From assembly GCF_037042905.1 (NCBI RefSeq), contig NC_087252.1:15564001-15628000 (forward strand): a stretch of 64,000 bases of DNA, given 5' to 3'. A program made the position numbers and the translations under genes. The notes under the pieces are model-generated. The model was not told the DNA's origin. It ran no database searches and saw only the letters and a list, made by a program, of their open reading frames with translations. Shown here piece after piece: positions 40,347 through 54,830 of the stretch (position 1 is its first letter; each line of letters begins with the position of its first letter). Origin of the DNA: Lytechinus pictus. Taxonomy: Eukaryota.

Positions 40347-40865
40347 TTAATCCCAGGATTAAAATAAATCCTGGGGGCCGTTTCATAAAGCTGTTCGTAA
40401 GTTAAGAGCGACTTTAAGAACGACTGGTGATCCTTTCTTACGCGCTACACCATCGCCAGTGAACATTTTGGTGTACACCATTTAACACAAGAAAGGTTCA
40501 CTAGTCATTCTTAAAGTCGCTCTTAACTTACGAACAGCTTTATGAAACACCCACCAGGTCCGCTCTGAATAGTGAAGTGACCACCTGAATATAATTTTGT
40601 GGATTTAAATATTTATCTAAAAGATTTCAGTTCAATTAGATTTTACTTTCAAATTTATTCATTCACAATTAAAAACAATTACAAGGTAAATACATGTATG
40701 TATATACAACATACAGTAAAATAGAATGTGGAGACAGCTTGGAAGAACATTTAAAGTCTTATTAAATGCTGCTATCAATTTTCTTAAGACAAAAAAATCC
40801 AATATTCAGCCATTCACTGGTTGCAGGCGATCTCGATTTATTTTAAATCCTTGAAATTTAGAGTG
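40347..40865. mobile_element. Second copy of the 25417-25654 MITE, split by insertions
   Basis: ggattaaaataaatc left part and gatttattttaaatccttgaaatttagagtg|ta right end. Confidence 0.7.
40374..40554. mobile_element. Harbinger-like MITE family A, best-preserved copy
   Basis: Near-perfect TIR of about 45 bp (gtttcataaagctgttcgtaagttaagagcgactttaagaa.gact.gtga), with CTG/CAG flanks. Confidence 0.9.
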
Positions 40866-41133
40866 TAACTTGTATGTTGTGTGGCTGGATCTTAAGAGTG
40901 TGGTCACTGATTACTTGGTAGACCAACTCTACAAAATGCTGCATTACCATGATATAAGAGACAGGCATATAAACGCAGAGAGACACAAGAACGGATTGAG
41001 AGCGATAGCATAATGACAACTAAAGGTGTTGAACAGCTTTTACAGAGCTTTTGACTACTTCACACACCATTTAGCAGCAGCGCCTCTTGCATTGATTCAT
41101 GACTCTTGGTGGAGTATCCGCTAATGCCCCATT

Positions 41134-41295
41134 CAGGGGCAGCGGAACTGTTGTTGAAAGTGGGGGGGGGCTGACCATGCAAAAAATCACAATCAGATGG
41201 TAGTTTTTACGTTTTTGTCCACGGTTTTGGAAAAAAGTGTGGGGGGGGGGCTGAAGCCCACTCAGCTCCCCCCCCCCCCGGTTCCGCGGCCCCTG
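41134..41295. mobile_element. hAT-like MITE with an apparent 5-bp target-site duplication
   Basis: TIRs caggggcagcggaac / gttccgcggcccctg, with CCATT directly on both sides. Confidence 0.82.
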
Positions 41296-41411
41296 CCATT
41301 TACATTTGCTACGATCATCGTAAGGTGGGTTGGATCCCATTCTCGTCTACTTTCTTAAACCAATTTAGCATGTAATGGGAATGCTTGAACCGGTCTTGGT
41401 AGCTACCTTAA

Positions 41412-42347
41412 GGACGTTCCACAGTTATATTTGTGCGCATTATGATCTGCGCATAGTTTACACTCTGCGCGCTGACGTCACAATGGATGAACAGGTGATT
41501 AATTAGCTGCGGGTATGAGCTGATTTTTCTCATCTTCTGCACTTTAACTGCAGATCCGATGCATTATTTCATGAAGCTAAAAAATTGAATTATTCCATGG
41601 ACCATTCAAAAATATATTCTCTACAATTTCAAAATACTTTACTCTGCAGTGCTGCCAAGAATCACGAATATTAGCCCGAGTTTGAATAAATGGTAGAGTG
41701 GTTTTTATTTTTTCTTCACATAGATACTAAGCATTCGGCCCATTTTTTGTGTTTTAAAAAGCACATTTGCTCTAATAAAAATGCTGATAGTTTAAAAACA
41801 AGCACATGAACCCCTATTTTTTTATGTTTGTACCTCTTAGGTATACCTTCCTCTACAACTCTGCAAATTTTGGTGAAAATGACATGGATTTTGAATAAAG
41901 TGCAGCATTTATTGTACGTTTGTAGTTTGTTACTGAAATTTTACATTTTTTAGATTGGGATTTTGTTATCTTTTACGCCATTTTTAAGAACTGACAGTGC
42001 TGTTAAACTTAAAATTGCAAACAAATAGCACTATAAATAGATTCTCCATTCTAACGATACAATTATTAACTCTCTTGCGAAATTTGATGACTTTTTCATG
42101 TATTTTGAATGAGTAATGGAGGTTTAAACTCATTGTAGTAATCTTGGGCGGTCTAAAAATGCCAAATTCTTTTGAATGCGCAATTCTTAAAAACATCAAT
42201 TTGGGTGAACTTTGAAGCTCTATAGCAAAAAATCAAGCACATGGACCTATGTTAATTTTTGCATATTTCGAATATTAAGGTTCTAAAGTATCTATGTGCA
42301 AAGTTTGGTGAAAATGACATGGATTTCACTTTAACTGTGGAACGTCC
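41412..42347. mobile_element. Intact non-autonomous Kolobok-like DNA transposon, 936 bp
   Basis: Perfect 16-bp TIR ggacgttccacagtta / taactgtggaacgtcc and a TTAA duplication at 41408-41411 and 42348-42351. Termini are RR...YY and there is no transposase ORF. Confidence 0.88.
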
Positions 42348-42904
42348 TTAAGTGCTCTTCCAAACTAGATTGGAAAGCGTAGCCATGGGGGTATATAGCA
42401 ACTGGCATATGGTTAGGTGGTCAGCCAGGTAGTTGATGTTGGTCGACTAATCTGTCTTGAGGAACAAACTACTTCCTCAGATTTTGTCCAATGCTCATGA
42501 GGCATGATGAACCTGGGCATGGTACACACACTGGTCATAAAGTGAAGACATGTTTGAACGTGTTCGGTACTGCGTTCCCATGGTCACATATTATGGCAAA
42601 AACTCATGTAAAAATAACTAACTACTTCCTCAAGTCCTGCCCAGTACTCATACTTGATACCCACATTGGTCTTGGAGTGAAGAGTGCAAGACACAATGTA
42701 ATCCAAGCATGTCAAAAACTGTGTTACCATGGTAATGGAATAATTATGTCAGAAACTGCACTGCCATGGTAATGGAATGACATGGCTTTGCCATTATTTG
42801 TGTTCGTCACTTGGTAGTTCTATCTATTGGGACATTATACATGCTATATATGTCACAAGATGAAGGAATGTAAGACGATTTCACATTGTACACAGTGAGA
42901 ACAG

Positions 42905-43032
42905 GGCCCCGTAGAACAAAGCCTACTGATTGATCATGATGCTGATTTCTACAATTGATTGAATATTTTATTGTGTATGATCAATTGTAAAATCTCCTCC
43001 CCAATCAATTGCTATGCTTTAATGTCCCAGGG
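42905..43032. mobile_element. Degenerate CWG-target MITE
   Basis: cag|ggccccgt left end, an internal tacaattgat / atcaattgta palindrome, and a gggtc|cag right end. Confidence 0.5.
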
Positions 43033-45819
43033 TCCAGAGAAGCTGATTATGATAAAATAAGATTTCCTGTATCAGCATACAATAGACTTGGAATCAATCT
43101 CTTGGGAGTTTCTTTTGGGTTTTTTACCCCCTCGCCACCAATCACTGCAATTTTACAGTTGACTGGTGAATCGCCCGTCTCCCATCTCCCGACACTGAGT
43201 ACCTAACACCCTGCCAGGCCGACTGTCTCTTGCGGTAACTCCCGAGGGCGCTGTCATCTCTAGGGGGAATGTAACCAAACCCCACCCTCAAATCATATAC
43301 AGTCAACGATGCAATCATATCACATGTCGGAGATGACACCGTATTGATCTAACATAGCAGCGTTCGTTGGTGTCAAACCACAGAAATTCCAAAATTCACC
43401 CTTTTCATGCGGTTATCACCCCAGAATGTGACACTGTAACTGTGAGTGATACAAAAGGGTTTGATAATTCTCTGCTGAGATTCAAATTCTTATGTGAATT
43501 GCGTGAGCTGTGATCTCTCATAGCGACAGAATGATGCATACATTGCGGTTGATTAGTGGCGACTGTGGTGTTTGTAATTCTGTGATGCTTTTTTTATGAG
43601 TTCATCTTACAAATGGAGAGATCTTTGAAGTGTTTCTTACAATAAATATTCAATTCCTGATTATGGAAGGGTAAATTATTGTTTATTTCACCTGACTGGT
43701 TAGAAAGCGATGTTGTCATATTTGTAAGTGACAAGAAGACATAACTTTACATCCTCGTTTCAGGGTTTGTTGTGAGATTCAAATCTGTGCTTGTGCTATG
43801 GAAATACACAGTATCTTTATTCCTATCAAACTAACGACCTTATGTTGCTCACCATTGGATGGCTATCAACTGATGACAAAATGTTGAGCTCTAAGTATTG
43901 TACAGCTGATATACAAAGTGCATAATTGATTTATAAAAGAATCATCGTTTATTAAACTTTCAGTTGCCTGCATGGGACTTGTTTATCATGAATATATCCT
44001 GTATATTTTTTTAATGGTAATGATTATTTTCTTAAATCGAATATCATCTCAAAATCAACTCTTGGGCTTTTCCTAAGGATTATTGAGAATTCCTACACAC
44101 GTAACATATACATATTTCCAATTTTTTATTCATATTCATAATGATATAGGTCAATAAACATGTCTTGACAGCTCTGTGCTACCTGTCTGAAGTGAAAGCC
44201 TTTCTTTAGTGACCGCCATAGTAGTCTCCCATTTGATAGGAAGGAATATGTGTTTAACTTGTCTATGAATGCCACCTGTCTGCAGTTGCCACTCTTTCAT
44301 TTTTCTTTGGCTGGCCTTAATAAACAGGTAGTGATAATTGCTATTAAAATCCCTGCAAATCGACATTGCTTTCATTAAACCAGGAATCTATTGACTTGGA
44401 AGCAGTCGGCGATTTACACAGTAATAACTGTCTTACCGAGACCCTGCAAAGCGTTAGCAAAATACAACAGGAGTTTGCTCCGATAAGTGTAACCTTAGAA
44501 CCATGAAAAATTGGTAAATTCCTTCAGTTTCACGCTTGTGTTCACCGGACCCACGACAAGTCTGGAAATCGTACCCCACCTTCACCAAAAGGGGAATAAA
44601 AATGGGGTGAAACTGCGTAAAAGATATCGAACGCTTCTCCCGTCTCTCTCTTTTTTCCCTGTCCGTCGTCGGGTGTCCGGTTTGAAGGAGAGGAGAGTGG
44701 TGGTGCCAGGCGGCGGTTTCAATTGCGCCACCGAATACGCCAAGCCTCCGTTGAGTGCAGCACTGGCGGCGTTCCTCTCGCCAGGTTGTAGAATCTCCTC
44801 TCTTTTTTAATTCCGCGTTGGATCCGCTAAATTGAGTGGAAGCATATTAACCTGTTCAAGGGACTATCCTCCGATGACTTTACCTCCATATGATTATAAA
44901 CCATAACTATCTATACCTGTATGCTTTAAGACAACTTGTAAATGTTTAAATCTCATGATTTGCTTTGGTAGCTAAACATTACTACGATTGTTGAATTATA
45001 GTCATGATTAATAAAAAGCCTTCCAAATATGAGACAAGCCTGTGTAAGGTTTAAACCTCATCAACAGCTTTGGCAAGCAAAAAAAAAATATTATGACTTG
45101 ATGAATTATAGCCTTAATAAAAAAAAAGCTTCCCCTTTCTCCATACAGTAAATATCTTTTCTGAAAAGAATTTGATATACAGAAAATGATCGTAATGTTA
45201 CAAAGCTATTTTGATCCTCCCCTTTACATGTTTAATATTGTTTTTAAAAATACCTTGATCGGATGATAAATGAAAAAAAAATCTTTTCCAATGTAGAATA
45301 TGAAGTAAATCAGTCACCTCTTTGTTTTAATGGATAAGACAAATGTTCACCTTTTAATAATATGAACGCCGACGCTATCTTTCTTTACTAAGCTTCTTCA
45401 AAAGGATAATTACATCCAAATCAGCTATTAAGAAGGTAAAGCAAAAGAGAGAGATCTAATGAAAAAGCGAAAGGGAGACCAAGTTAAATGTGTCCTCATA
45501 CCTTTCCATATGAAATGGTTTGGAGTAAAGCTGAAGAGAAAGTCTCTCTTCAAACAGTACACTGATATTAGACAGATAATCAAGACAATGTATTTGAATG
45601 ATTGTCATGTTGCTCATGCTTGGTTTAGGAGCGCTGCGGAATTTGTTTTTGCAGCTTCCCTTTGCCGTGAAGCAGGAAGACATAATGTGTTATTCGCCAA
45701 CATTTAGAAGCCCCCAAGCAAAGCCATTACCTTCCCACTCACTCTCGTTCCCCATCCACATCTGTCTTTAACACATTATGTGTTCTATTTACAGGTCTTT
45801 ATATAAACATTCTTTGTTC

Positions 45820-46145
45820 ACCTCCTCCTCTTCTTCTTCCTCCTCCTTCTCCTCCTCTTCTTCTTCTCTTCCTCCTTCTTGTTCTTCATTGTCTTAATCC
45901 TTTTTTTAATCTTTTTCATTTTTCTCCTTGTATATTTCCTCCTATTTTTCATCTTCTCCTTTCCTTTTCTTCGCCCTTCTTCTTCATCCTCATTATCTTC
46001 TCCTCTTTCTCCTTTTCCTTTTCTTTTTGTTTCCTTTGTCCTTTCCTTCTTTTCTTATTTAATTTGTTTTTATATTTTTGTTTTCATCTTCTTCTATTTT
46101 TCGACTTCTCTTCCTCCTCCTTCCTGCTTGTTCTTGTTCTCTATA
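45820..46145. repeat. Pyrimidine-rich low-complexity tract
   Basis: Seen directly. Confidence 0.9.
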
Positions 46146-48337
46146 ATGTGTGCTTTATTCATGCATTTTTTAACTATTTAATTATGTATTTGTAAGTTAA
46201 ATTCTCTTTATTCATTTTCAAATTTAATTAATCAATTAATTTTATAATTTGATTAATTCATGTTTTTTTCTATATATCAATAAATTGATTTTTTTTTTAA
46301 TTAGAATGTATTCTGGGAAGGAGGGGGTGGAGGTTGACAACTTGACATACAATTATTATGCAAGATCATAGCCTATTCTCACATGTACGTGTTGCTTTAA
46401 ATTTCGCTTTTTACTTACAGGAGTGCCATAATTGTTTTGAAGATGACTGGAGATTTTGACAGAGTGCATTTATTTAATGGTTGCTCACCGCGAGTGATTC
46501 AAGTAGCTTGATATACATCTTCATGAATATTCATAAGATAGCAATGATTATCAATTGAAGTTGGATTGGCCACTTCATGTCTTTTCATTTATTTGACTCG
46601 TTGAGCGCCAAATCCCACAGAGGTGTAGTATCTTTTAATGGTGATATGTCATGAAGTTTGTCATTTTGCTTTAGGCTACTAGAGGCATTTAGTTTACCCT
46701 CAATTGGGAAAAGTATGTCAGGTAAATGCAAGATGCCTCCCCTTGGGTTTTTTTTAACATGTTTAGATAAAAAAAATAAAAGTTGACATTGTTAATGCAT
46801 CAATTTTTGGTCTCTTGAAATACTTCTTACTTTTGATTAAACATAACACAAAAATGAAGAAAAAATAAATAAACCAAAACAAGGCAATTATAAAATGCAT
46901 CTTGACAAAATATATATAAAGTATGATATAGTAATATAACTCCTAAATAGAGTAAAGGTTCTTGAGTCTGTTACCTTTGTGTCTATTGTAAAAAAAAAAA
47001 AAAAATCTGCCACATGACAAAAACTCCTTCTTCCAGTCGGAGTTCAAAGATTTAGTTACTTTGTCATTATTGCATATTAGATTAATAAACTGAATTATCT
47101 TGATCTTAAAGCCATCTTATGATAAGTACTTGTCTGGTATTTATTTTTATTTTTTATAAGATTAAGCAATTTTCAGAAAGTATATGTCAAACAGAATTAC
47201 ACCAGCACCAGAGAATGATATGTGTACCTCACTTATTCGTTTTACTCTGATACAGTTGATGATATAGAAGGAAAGCCTCTGGCAATGAGTTTTAGTAACT
47301 GAGACAACAATGGTGTAAATTGAATTGAAATTCCATACATAAATTGTAATATATTTGATCCAATTGCAGAATATCTCTTGAAACCAAATAAAAGGCCTAA
47401 GTTAGAGCAGGAAACCTTTTTGACATAAATTTTTACATCTGAATTCACACAAAACTGCCCATACCCGGTGGCACAACTTTCAGCCATTAGGACCAAGTTA
47501 TTAAGAGAAAAGAACAAAATCAAAAGTATGCATGCAGAATTTTCAGAATTTTTTGTCAAAACTTTGCCTGTTTTAGCCGTGGGCCGCAGAGGCGCAAATT
47601 AAATAATAACATAAATTGACAAGTGCATGTGTGCAACCAATCGTTAGCCCATTTCCTAGTAGCTTTTCTCTCTCCTCTTTTTGCCGTGCCGGAGATCATT
47701 CAATTTGCTCCCAATTTTCTTCAGGCAAAACTTTAACAAGAAAGAAAATTGATTTTTAGTGGTTGTTCTATGTTGTTTCATGCCTTTCTTGCATATTTGC
47801 ATAAAAAATAATTTCGCTTGAGGACCAAGAAAAAAAGCCTTGTTTTGTTTGATTAGACCGAGCTTCTCATGCAGACTCATACTGGAAGTTGTTTTTGTTT
47901 CAGATTTTTCACCGTTTTCACCTTTTAAATATAATACAGCATCTGGCTTTGCCTAGATCTCATCTTGACATGGATGAAATATGCTTTAATATCATTGAAC
48001 GATTAAAAATATACTGTAGGTAAATCATTATAACAGAGAATGTTGAAACCAAAGAACAGTTAAAATTGTCACAACAATATTCACTTGTTTGTGCAGTTGA
48101 GAGAAGGTTCTTCATAATATGGTTTTGGTTCTTAATTTATGGTTTTGGTTCTAAATTTATGGAACTGTTTCTTAATTCTTGCACATGTATTTACCTGTTT
48201 GATATATGTATATTTTTAGGCCTCTTACTGATTTTCAGGTTGTCCATGCTGTTTTTGTTTTCATGATCATTTAGAGTTGTTCAATACTACACTTTTGGAA
48301 AAGTGCTTGTCAGAGGAAAAGAATCTAACAGCATTGA

Positions 48338-48445
48338 GGGTTAGTGGATTAGTGACCTGATTTTTAAGTAGCAGGTGTGGGTTCAAATCCCAGCCCTGGC
48401 GTACTTCCTTTTGGCAAGAAATTGTGCTGCCCTAAACAGGTGATC
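48338..48445 (+). mobile_element. SINE 5' fragment
   Basis: agtggattagt...gtgggttcaaatcccagcc.tggcgta.ttcctt..gcaagaaa matches the head of 19070-19356 in the opposite orientation. Confidence 0.7.
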
Positions 48446-49452
48446 TCACTCCTCCTGTAGTGAGGTGGTCCCACTCCTTTTGTGGTGGAATTTGCATCTT
48501 TCGAGAGTGAACTTTACCTCTTTTGGTGTGGAAATGTTTTAAAAATATATCCAGTTCAGTCTAGAAGGAGCTATAATGCACTCTAAAGGGAATGTCCCTA
48601 GTATTACTCCTAGAAGAGTAGATTAGGGACTAGATTAAATCTTGTCCATTATTCGAGAGAATACTGTCATTCTCTATGTTCTTAACCCTTTGCTCAGTTG
48701 CAATTTTGCACATTCATACAATTGAAGTCAACAATCGCAATAATTAGTTATCTCCCCTACCTTCAAATTAAATAAGCTAATAAAAGGCAATAGTTCTTGG
48801 ATAACATCTATATAATAACTATAAGTATAAATGGTGCTTTATGGATATCTTGAATTAAAGAAAATAACATGGATACAATTGTCATTATTTTCCACCCAAA
48901 ATTGATTCAGCGTGCAAGAGTTAAATAAAGTACACCTCTATGAGATGGTTATTCCTTCATTCCCCCCAGTGTACCCAGACTCTTTAAAAACCATGGCAAC
49001 AAGACATTTGATACAATTTACCTCCATGCAGGCTCTTGTAAGAGAAGACAAACAAGAATGAAGGGCAAGTGCTGTTTAAATTTGTTTACAATGCAGTTTA
49101 CTATATGAACCTTGCACAATTTAAACGTGTTTGAAATCTTGAAGTTTAATTTTTAATATTTAATTCTTAATGAATTAACTAGTTTAATTATTTAAACTGT
49201 TAAACAGTGCTTTTGCTGTGGAGGATGGAAACAAAATGGTGGAAGGAAAAACTGCTAACTCCAGAAAAAAATACTTTTCTCGTGGGTATGTCCCCAATCC
49301 TGCTTCCCCAGCGACCAATTATCCCAATTCCGCAAATTTATTACGGCAGCCGATGGGCATTATTTTGGTTGGCCGCCGGCCAGCATGCTAAGGTGTAGCT
49401 GTTTTCCTTGCGTCCTTTTTTTCTCACTCTCTCTCTTCCTCCTCTCCACTTT

Positions 49453-49875
49453 AGGTGTACTCATACCGACTGGAAGTTTGAGAACACCAGGTATTATCTT
49501 ATCAGGAAATTCACCCTGATCTACCCCGATCAAAAAATAACAGGCATTTTTGCCCGTGTGGAAGCAAATTAATCGCAATATTCCCGACAGAAAATAGCGA
49601 CTAAAGAACAGGTACTTGTAGGTTGAAAGAAATTTTGCAACTCAACAAGAAATTTGGCGTGGTATACCGTGGGCTGATGAGCTGGCGAATTTGAATCCTG
49701 CGCCTTGCCTGCTAATCAGACCATACATGCTTGTAACTTCGGGAACTTACCCCGAAAGTGTCTGCTTCTGGACGGTATGGATGCGGAAGATAGTTTTATC
49801 CGGTATTTTTTAGGTTTGAACAGGTTTGGGTGAATTTGCGGGTATTTTGGTGATTGAGTTGGTGTGAATGTGTCT
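49453..49875. mobile_element. Uninterrupted old copy of the 14502-15256 TIR element
   Basis: Shared blocks gaagtttgagaa, atttttgcc.gtgtg.aagcaaatta, gaacttacccc, cccgaaagtgtctg and ttttttagg; TIRs are degenerate. Confidence 0.7.
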
Positions 49876-51493
49876 GCTCTACCCCCTCTCATGTCTTCTT
49901 TGTGTGGACGGCTTCTGCCTGCGACGGAATGTTATCACACCTTTTCTTGATTGGACAGATCTTGGAGCCATTCTGTCAATCTTGTAGGTGAAGAGAAACA
50001 TCAATTTGATTTTATTGAGTACACCCCCTCCCATTATAGATTCCTCCAGAATACCCTTATAAACCTAACATTTTACTATTCATTTGTTTTCTCTATTTTT
50101 CCCACATCAGAGTGATTTTCAATCTTCTAAGTGAAGAGAAACATCAACTTGGTTTTATTTACCACAACCTCCCTATAGACACTCTCTTATATCCACCCTA
50201 TAACTTAGTTCAAATTTAACCAACTGTTGGTTAAACAAATTGTAAGCAAAAAGAATTCGGATTTTTTTTTTTTAACCAACAGATGGTCGGTTGGTTAAAG
50301 CTTTTAAAAATTACATTCAAAAGGAATTGGGATGTCTTTAACCAGCAGTTGGTCAGTTCATAATTAACCAACTTTTTGTGGTTGGTTAAAAAGAAATCCT
50401 GGGAATGTAAAAATTCCTACGTCCTTCCGAATACCCTTTTAAAACTACGATTTCACTCTTCAGTTTTTTCCTTTATCCTTTTTCCCCTTATCAAAGTGAT
50501 TTTGATTAATCTATGCTGTAATGTATTGCATATAAATATAAAAGCTCCTTGCTGAAGAAATACATCAAGAGTTCGAGTTTTTCGTTAAGAAATGAATGTT
50601 GAAATATTCGAAGAGAATTATCGATTGTAGAAAAGTTTGAATGGCACGGCTTCTTCAATTCTGTAAGATTGCAATGTTAGATGATACCCAATTCACATTG
50701 ACTCTTTAGCCAGACTTTATCTCTATATTTCTTACGTCTGTATTACCAACGACAGTAAGACCGCATTGATTTTCTGGGTATAATGAAGATAGATTCTAAA
50801 GATGTTGACTGTTTCGAAAGGTCAGCTTTGAAATCTAGCCATGGTATGAAATCAATTCAATCAATTCTATCCATCTTGGAGCAATGATTAAATCTTAACA
50901 TGAATTTCAACACTGAAGGAGAATATTAGGCTTTGCATTATACCCACAGCCTTGCTCATTTTAATATACAAATAATCATCTCATCAAGTGATTAAGTAAA
51001 ATTCATTTTTATTTTGTTTGTCATATTCATTCCTTAAACGTTTATCTTTGGTAAAAACACAAAGGTATGGTACCACCTTTAGGATACAATTTTGCAGTTG
51101 AACCTGTTTGCTAGCAATTACAAATGCTGTCTTACTTGAGCTAATCATTAAACACTCTAAATTGGCAACTCCATTAAAAAAATTATTATTTGAAATGCAA
51201 ATGGACTATAACAAGAGGGAGAAACATACTGAAAAACTTGATACCATGTTGAACTGTTCCTCGATAAAAAGCTGTCTTATTTGAGCCAATCATTAGGCAC
51301 TCTCAATTGGCAATACAATTTGAAAAAAATATCACTATTTTAAAATGCAAGTTGGCAACTTTCTTGTACAATTTCTCTTTTGTGATTAATATGGACTCGT
51401 GTTAAAGGCTATAGCCATATTCCATTTTTTTTAATAAGATTTAAAAATTAATGAAATAAATGATATTGATCTCAAAGTGCTTTATAAGATTAA

Positions 51494-51525
<32 letters not shown>

Positions 51526-54084
51526 TATCATTATTATTATTAGTAGTGGTAGTATTAATAAATGTTGCCAATTTGCAGATTATAACAAAATTAATTTTGA
51601 CCTTTTGAATCCTGTGTACCTCTATATATTGATTTAATTTTAAAGGTGTCTGATAGCAAAGAATGTGTGGATAACTCTGTGTTTATATGATATATTTAAA
51701 CACAAGATACATGATAATGAAAAGATACATAAGACCTGTTGAACTTCCAGATATTGTGGGTAAGAAAAAACAGAAATTATAGCAAAGAGAAGAATCTAAT
51801 TTATACATTATTTTTAAAATATGATATAATTATTTAAACACAAGATACGTGATAATGAATTTGAAGTGTATGATAGCATAGGAATAGAAGGATAACGATG
51901 TGTTAATATGATACATTCCAACACAACATGTATGATGATATATGAAAAGATATAAAACCTATCGAATTTCCAGAGATTATGGGTAAGAAACAAACCAAAC
52001 TTCTAGCAAAGACAAGAATCTAATCTTGTTTGTCAAAGAATAGACAGGACTTTAGACGCCTAGCAGATGAAACGCAGTGACAAAAATATCCATTTCTAAA
52101 TCTATAAAGAGTTACATCAAGGCTGCTCATGCATTTTCTTCAATATCACCTGTTGCTTTAGGCTAAAAGACATAGTTAGGTTTTCAGAAACAAACTCTGT
52201 AAAGGCCAGGATTGGATATTTTTTTCTGAAATAGGAACGTCAAGACTTTTCCTCCATTGTGATGTCATTTTCATTGATTTTGCTTCTCAGCAGGGAAATG
52301 ACCTTTGACCCTCAAATACTTCCACATCTTCAGTAGATAACAATAATGGGGGGGGGGGGGGCTACCTTATCCTAGCATACATGCATCAGCTAAATAATTA
52401 GAATCATAGGAAGGGGGGGGGGGTAATCAAACAAAGCTAAATTAATCAAAATAGTCAAAGGCTTTGATTATGAATGATTCATAACTGTCATCACAAACTT
52501 TGATTTTCTTTTTCATATTGTATAAAACTTTGTTTATAATTATTACTCTTTCTTAGTGATTTATTACAGATGTTTTTAGCGGGGGGGGGGGGGGGGTTAC
52601 TTTATTTAGCATACCTGCAAAAGCTAACAAAAGGCATTGATTGTAAAGGATCTTTTTTTTTCTCTTACAAAAGATTAATTATTGGTAATTGAACTCTGGT
52701 ACATTATCATTTTTTACATTGTGTATTGTTATTATCATTGTTATTTTTATTATTCATTATTATTATCATTATGCATGTATATCATTGATGTGTAACATGT
52801 GTTTAAATACTTCCCATCTAAAATTTTACCTGAAATGACAAGTAGTTATCTTTATTACATAAAAAAATTGTAGATAAAAAAGTGTTATCCATTTCACAGT
52901 TCACTGAAAAGATTCATCTGACCAACACATTATTTGTCACAATCCTTAAACTACACGAAAATGACTAATATTTTGTGATTGTGAAAGATGGATGTGTTCC
53001 TGTGTTGTCATGCCAACTTTTTAAGTTTCATTCGTAGGAATTAGTTCCAAACATCGGGAACAAATCTCAAAAGTGAAAATAACAAATCATGGTCCTCATG
53101 GAAGGTATTAACAAGAATTCAAGCTATTGAGCCGGTAGCTAATCTTGGCAAAAGTCAAAACCATTTGTCAAGAATAGGGTGCCCAGACACAGTTCTTCGT
53201 TACCCAACGGAATAAAAAACATCCTGATATATCAAACCTCAACAGACCAGTATTTACCCATGCCAACGGGGCCAAAGAGATCACTGCAAGAGTTGCAAAG
53301 AGCAATTGTAGAAAGTGTCCATAGTTGTGCTATTTCTCTGCCTGTATAGCTGAAATAATTTCAAGTTTTCCCTCCTTTGGTTTAATTATGCAGTAAATGG
53401 TGATTTTCCATTTTACTGGTAAATCAAAATGGAAAGTCGTTTTGGTTTTCACTTCTCATATGAAAATTCATCTAATTAATGCATAAGTTTGGAAAATGGG
53501 ATTCATGTAATTGCTGTGTACATTCTCTATGACAAAAGAGAATTTCTATTTGGATCAAGTTTGAAATGGAATTAAAGGCCTATGTTTTCAGAGAAAGAAA
53601 AGACCATTTTGCCGAAAAGGAAAATCACTGCCTCTTAACATGTTTAACTCTTCATGAAACAATAAGGCCGCTATTGTAGCTAATGCTTAATAATAATATT
53701 GCAACCTTATTACTGAAATGCTCATTCAAGTCTGCGAAGTTAACAAGTATCAAATCTATGATTTTTCAAATATTTTTTGGGGATATATTACAATAAATTT
53801 GATGTTAGCGTGGACTTCGGCTTTAACCAAGCTCAAACAATATTAAGCCCAGCTAGGGTCAATTTCTGATACAGTGTTGACACAGTTCTCCTGTTTAAAA
53901 TTCCAGCCTGGCTGTAACTTGTTTGCATGACCTAGAGATTTGTTTGTATTGCGTTTGAACTTGTTCACAGTAAACAGGACTGGGTGCTGTTGATATGGTT
54001 GAAATTTTTGAGGTTTTTGAACTTGATATTCTTGGGATAGTCTTGGAAAAACTTGATATGAGATGTGCAATGCTAGTGAGTGAA

Positions 54085-54454
54085 TAAGATGATGATGCTG
54101 ATACCGATATTATTGGCAGAGATTGTGATAAAACTGGTGATTGTGATGATGGTCTAGATGAAGATGAGCAGGAGTATTGTGATAATGATGATGTCGATGA
54201 TGATGGTATTGATGATGGTGGTAGTGGTGATGATGATATTGGTAATGATGTTGATGATGTGATGATGATGATGGTGATGATGGTGATGATTATGATGGTG
54301 ATGATGATGATGATGGTGATGATGATGTGATGATGGTAATGGTGATGATGTTGATGAAATGATGATGATGATGATGATGGTGATGATGGTAATGGTGATG
54401 ATGTTGATGATATGATGATGATGATGATGATGATGGTGATGATGGTGATGATGG

Positions 54455-54485
<31 letters not shown>

Positions 54486-54659
54486 GGTGATGATGGTGAT
54501 GGTGATGATGTTGATGATATGATGATGGTAATGATTACGATGGTGATGATGATGGTGATGATGATGATAATGATGGTAATGATAATGGTGATGATGTTGA
54601 TGATGTAATGATGATGATGGTGATGATTACGATGGTGATGATTACGATGGTGATGATGG

Positions 54660-54693
<34 letters not shown>

Positions 54694-54830
54694 AATGGTT
54701 GCAGTAATGGTATTGGTGGTAGTGATGATGATGATAAAAGATGGAGATTGTGATGATGGTGAAGGTGAATAGATGAACAAGATGAACGAGGAAGAGTTTT
54801 GTGATGATGTTTGTAGTGATGAATATACAC
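54085..54830. repeat. (GAT)n/(GGT)n compound microsatellite
   Basis: Seen directly. Confidence 0.95.
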
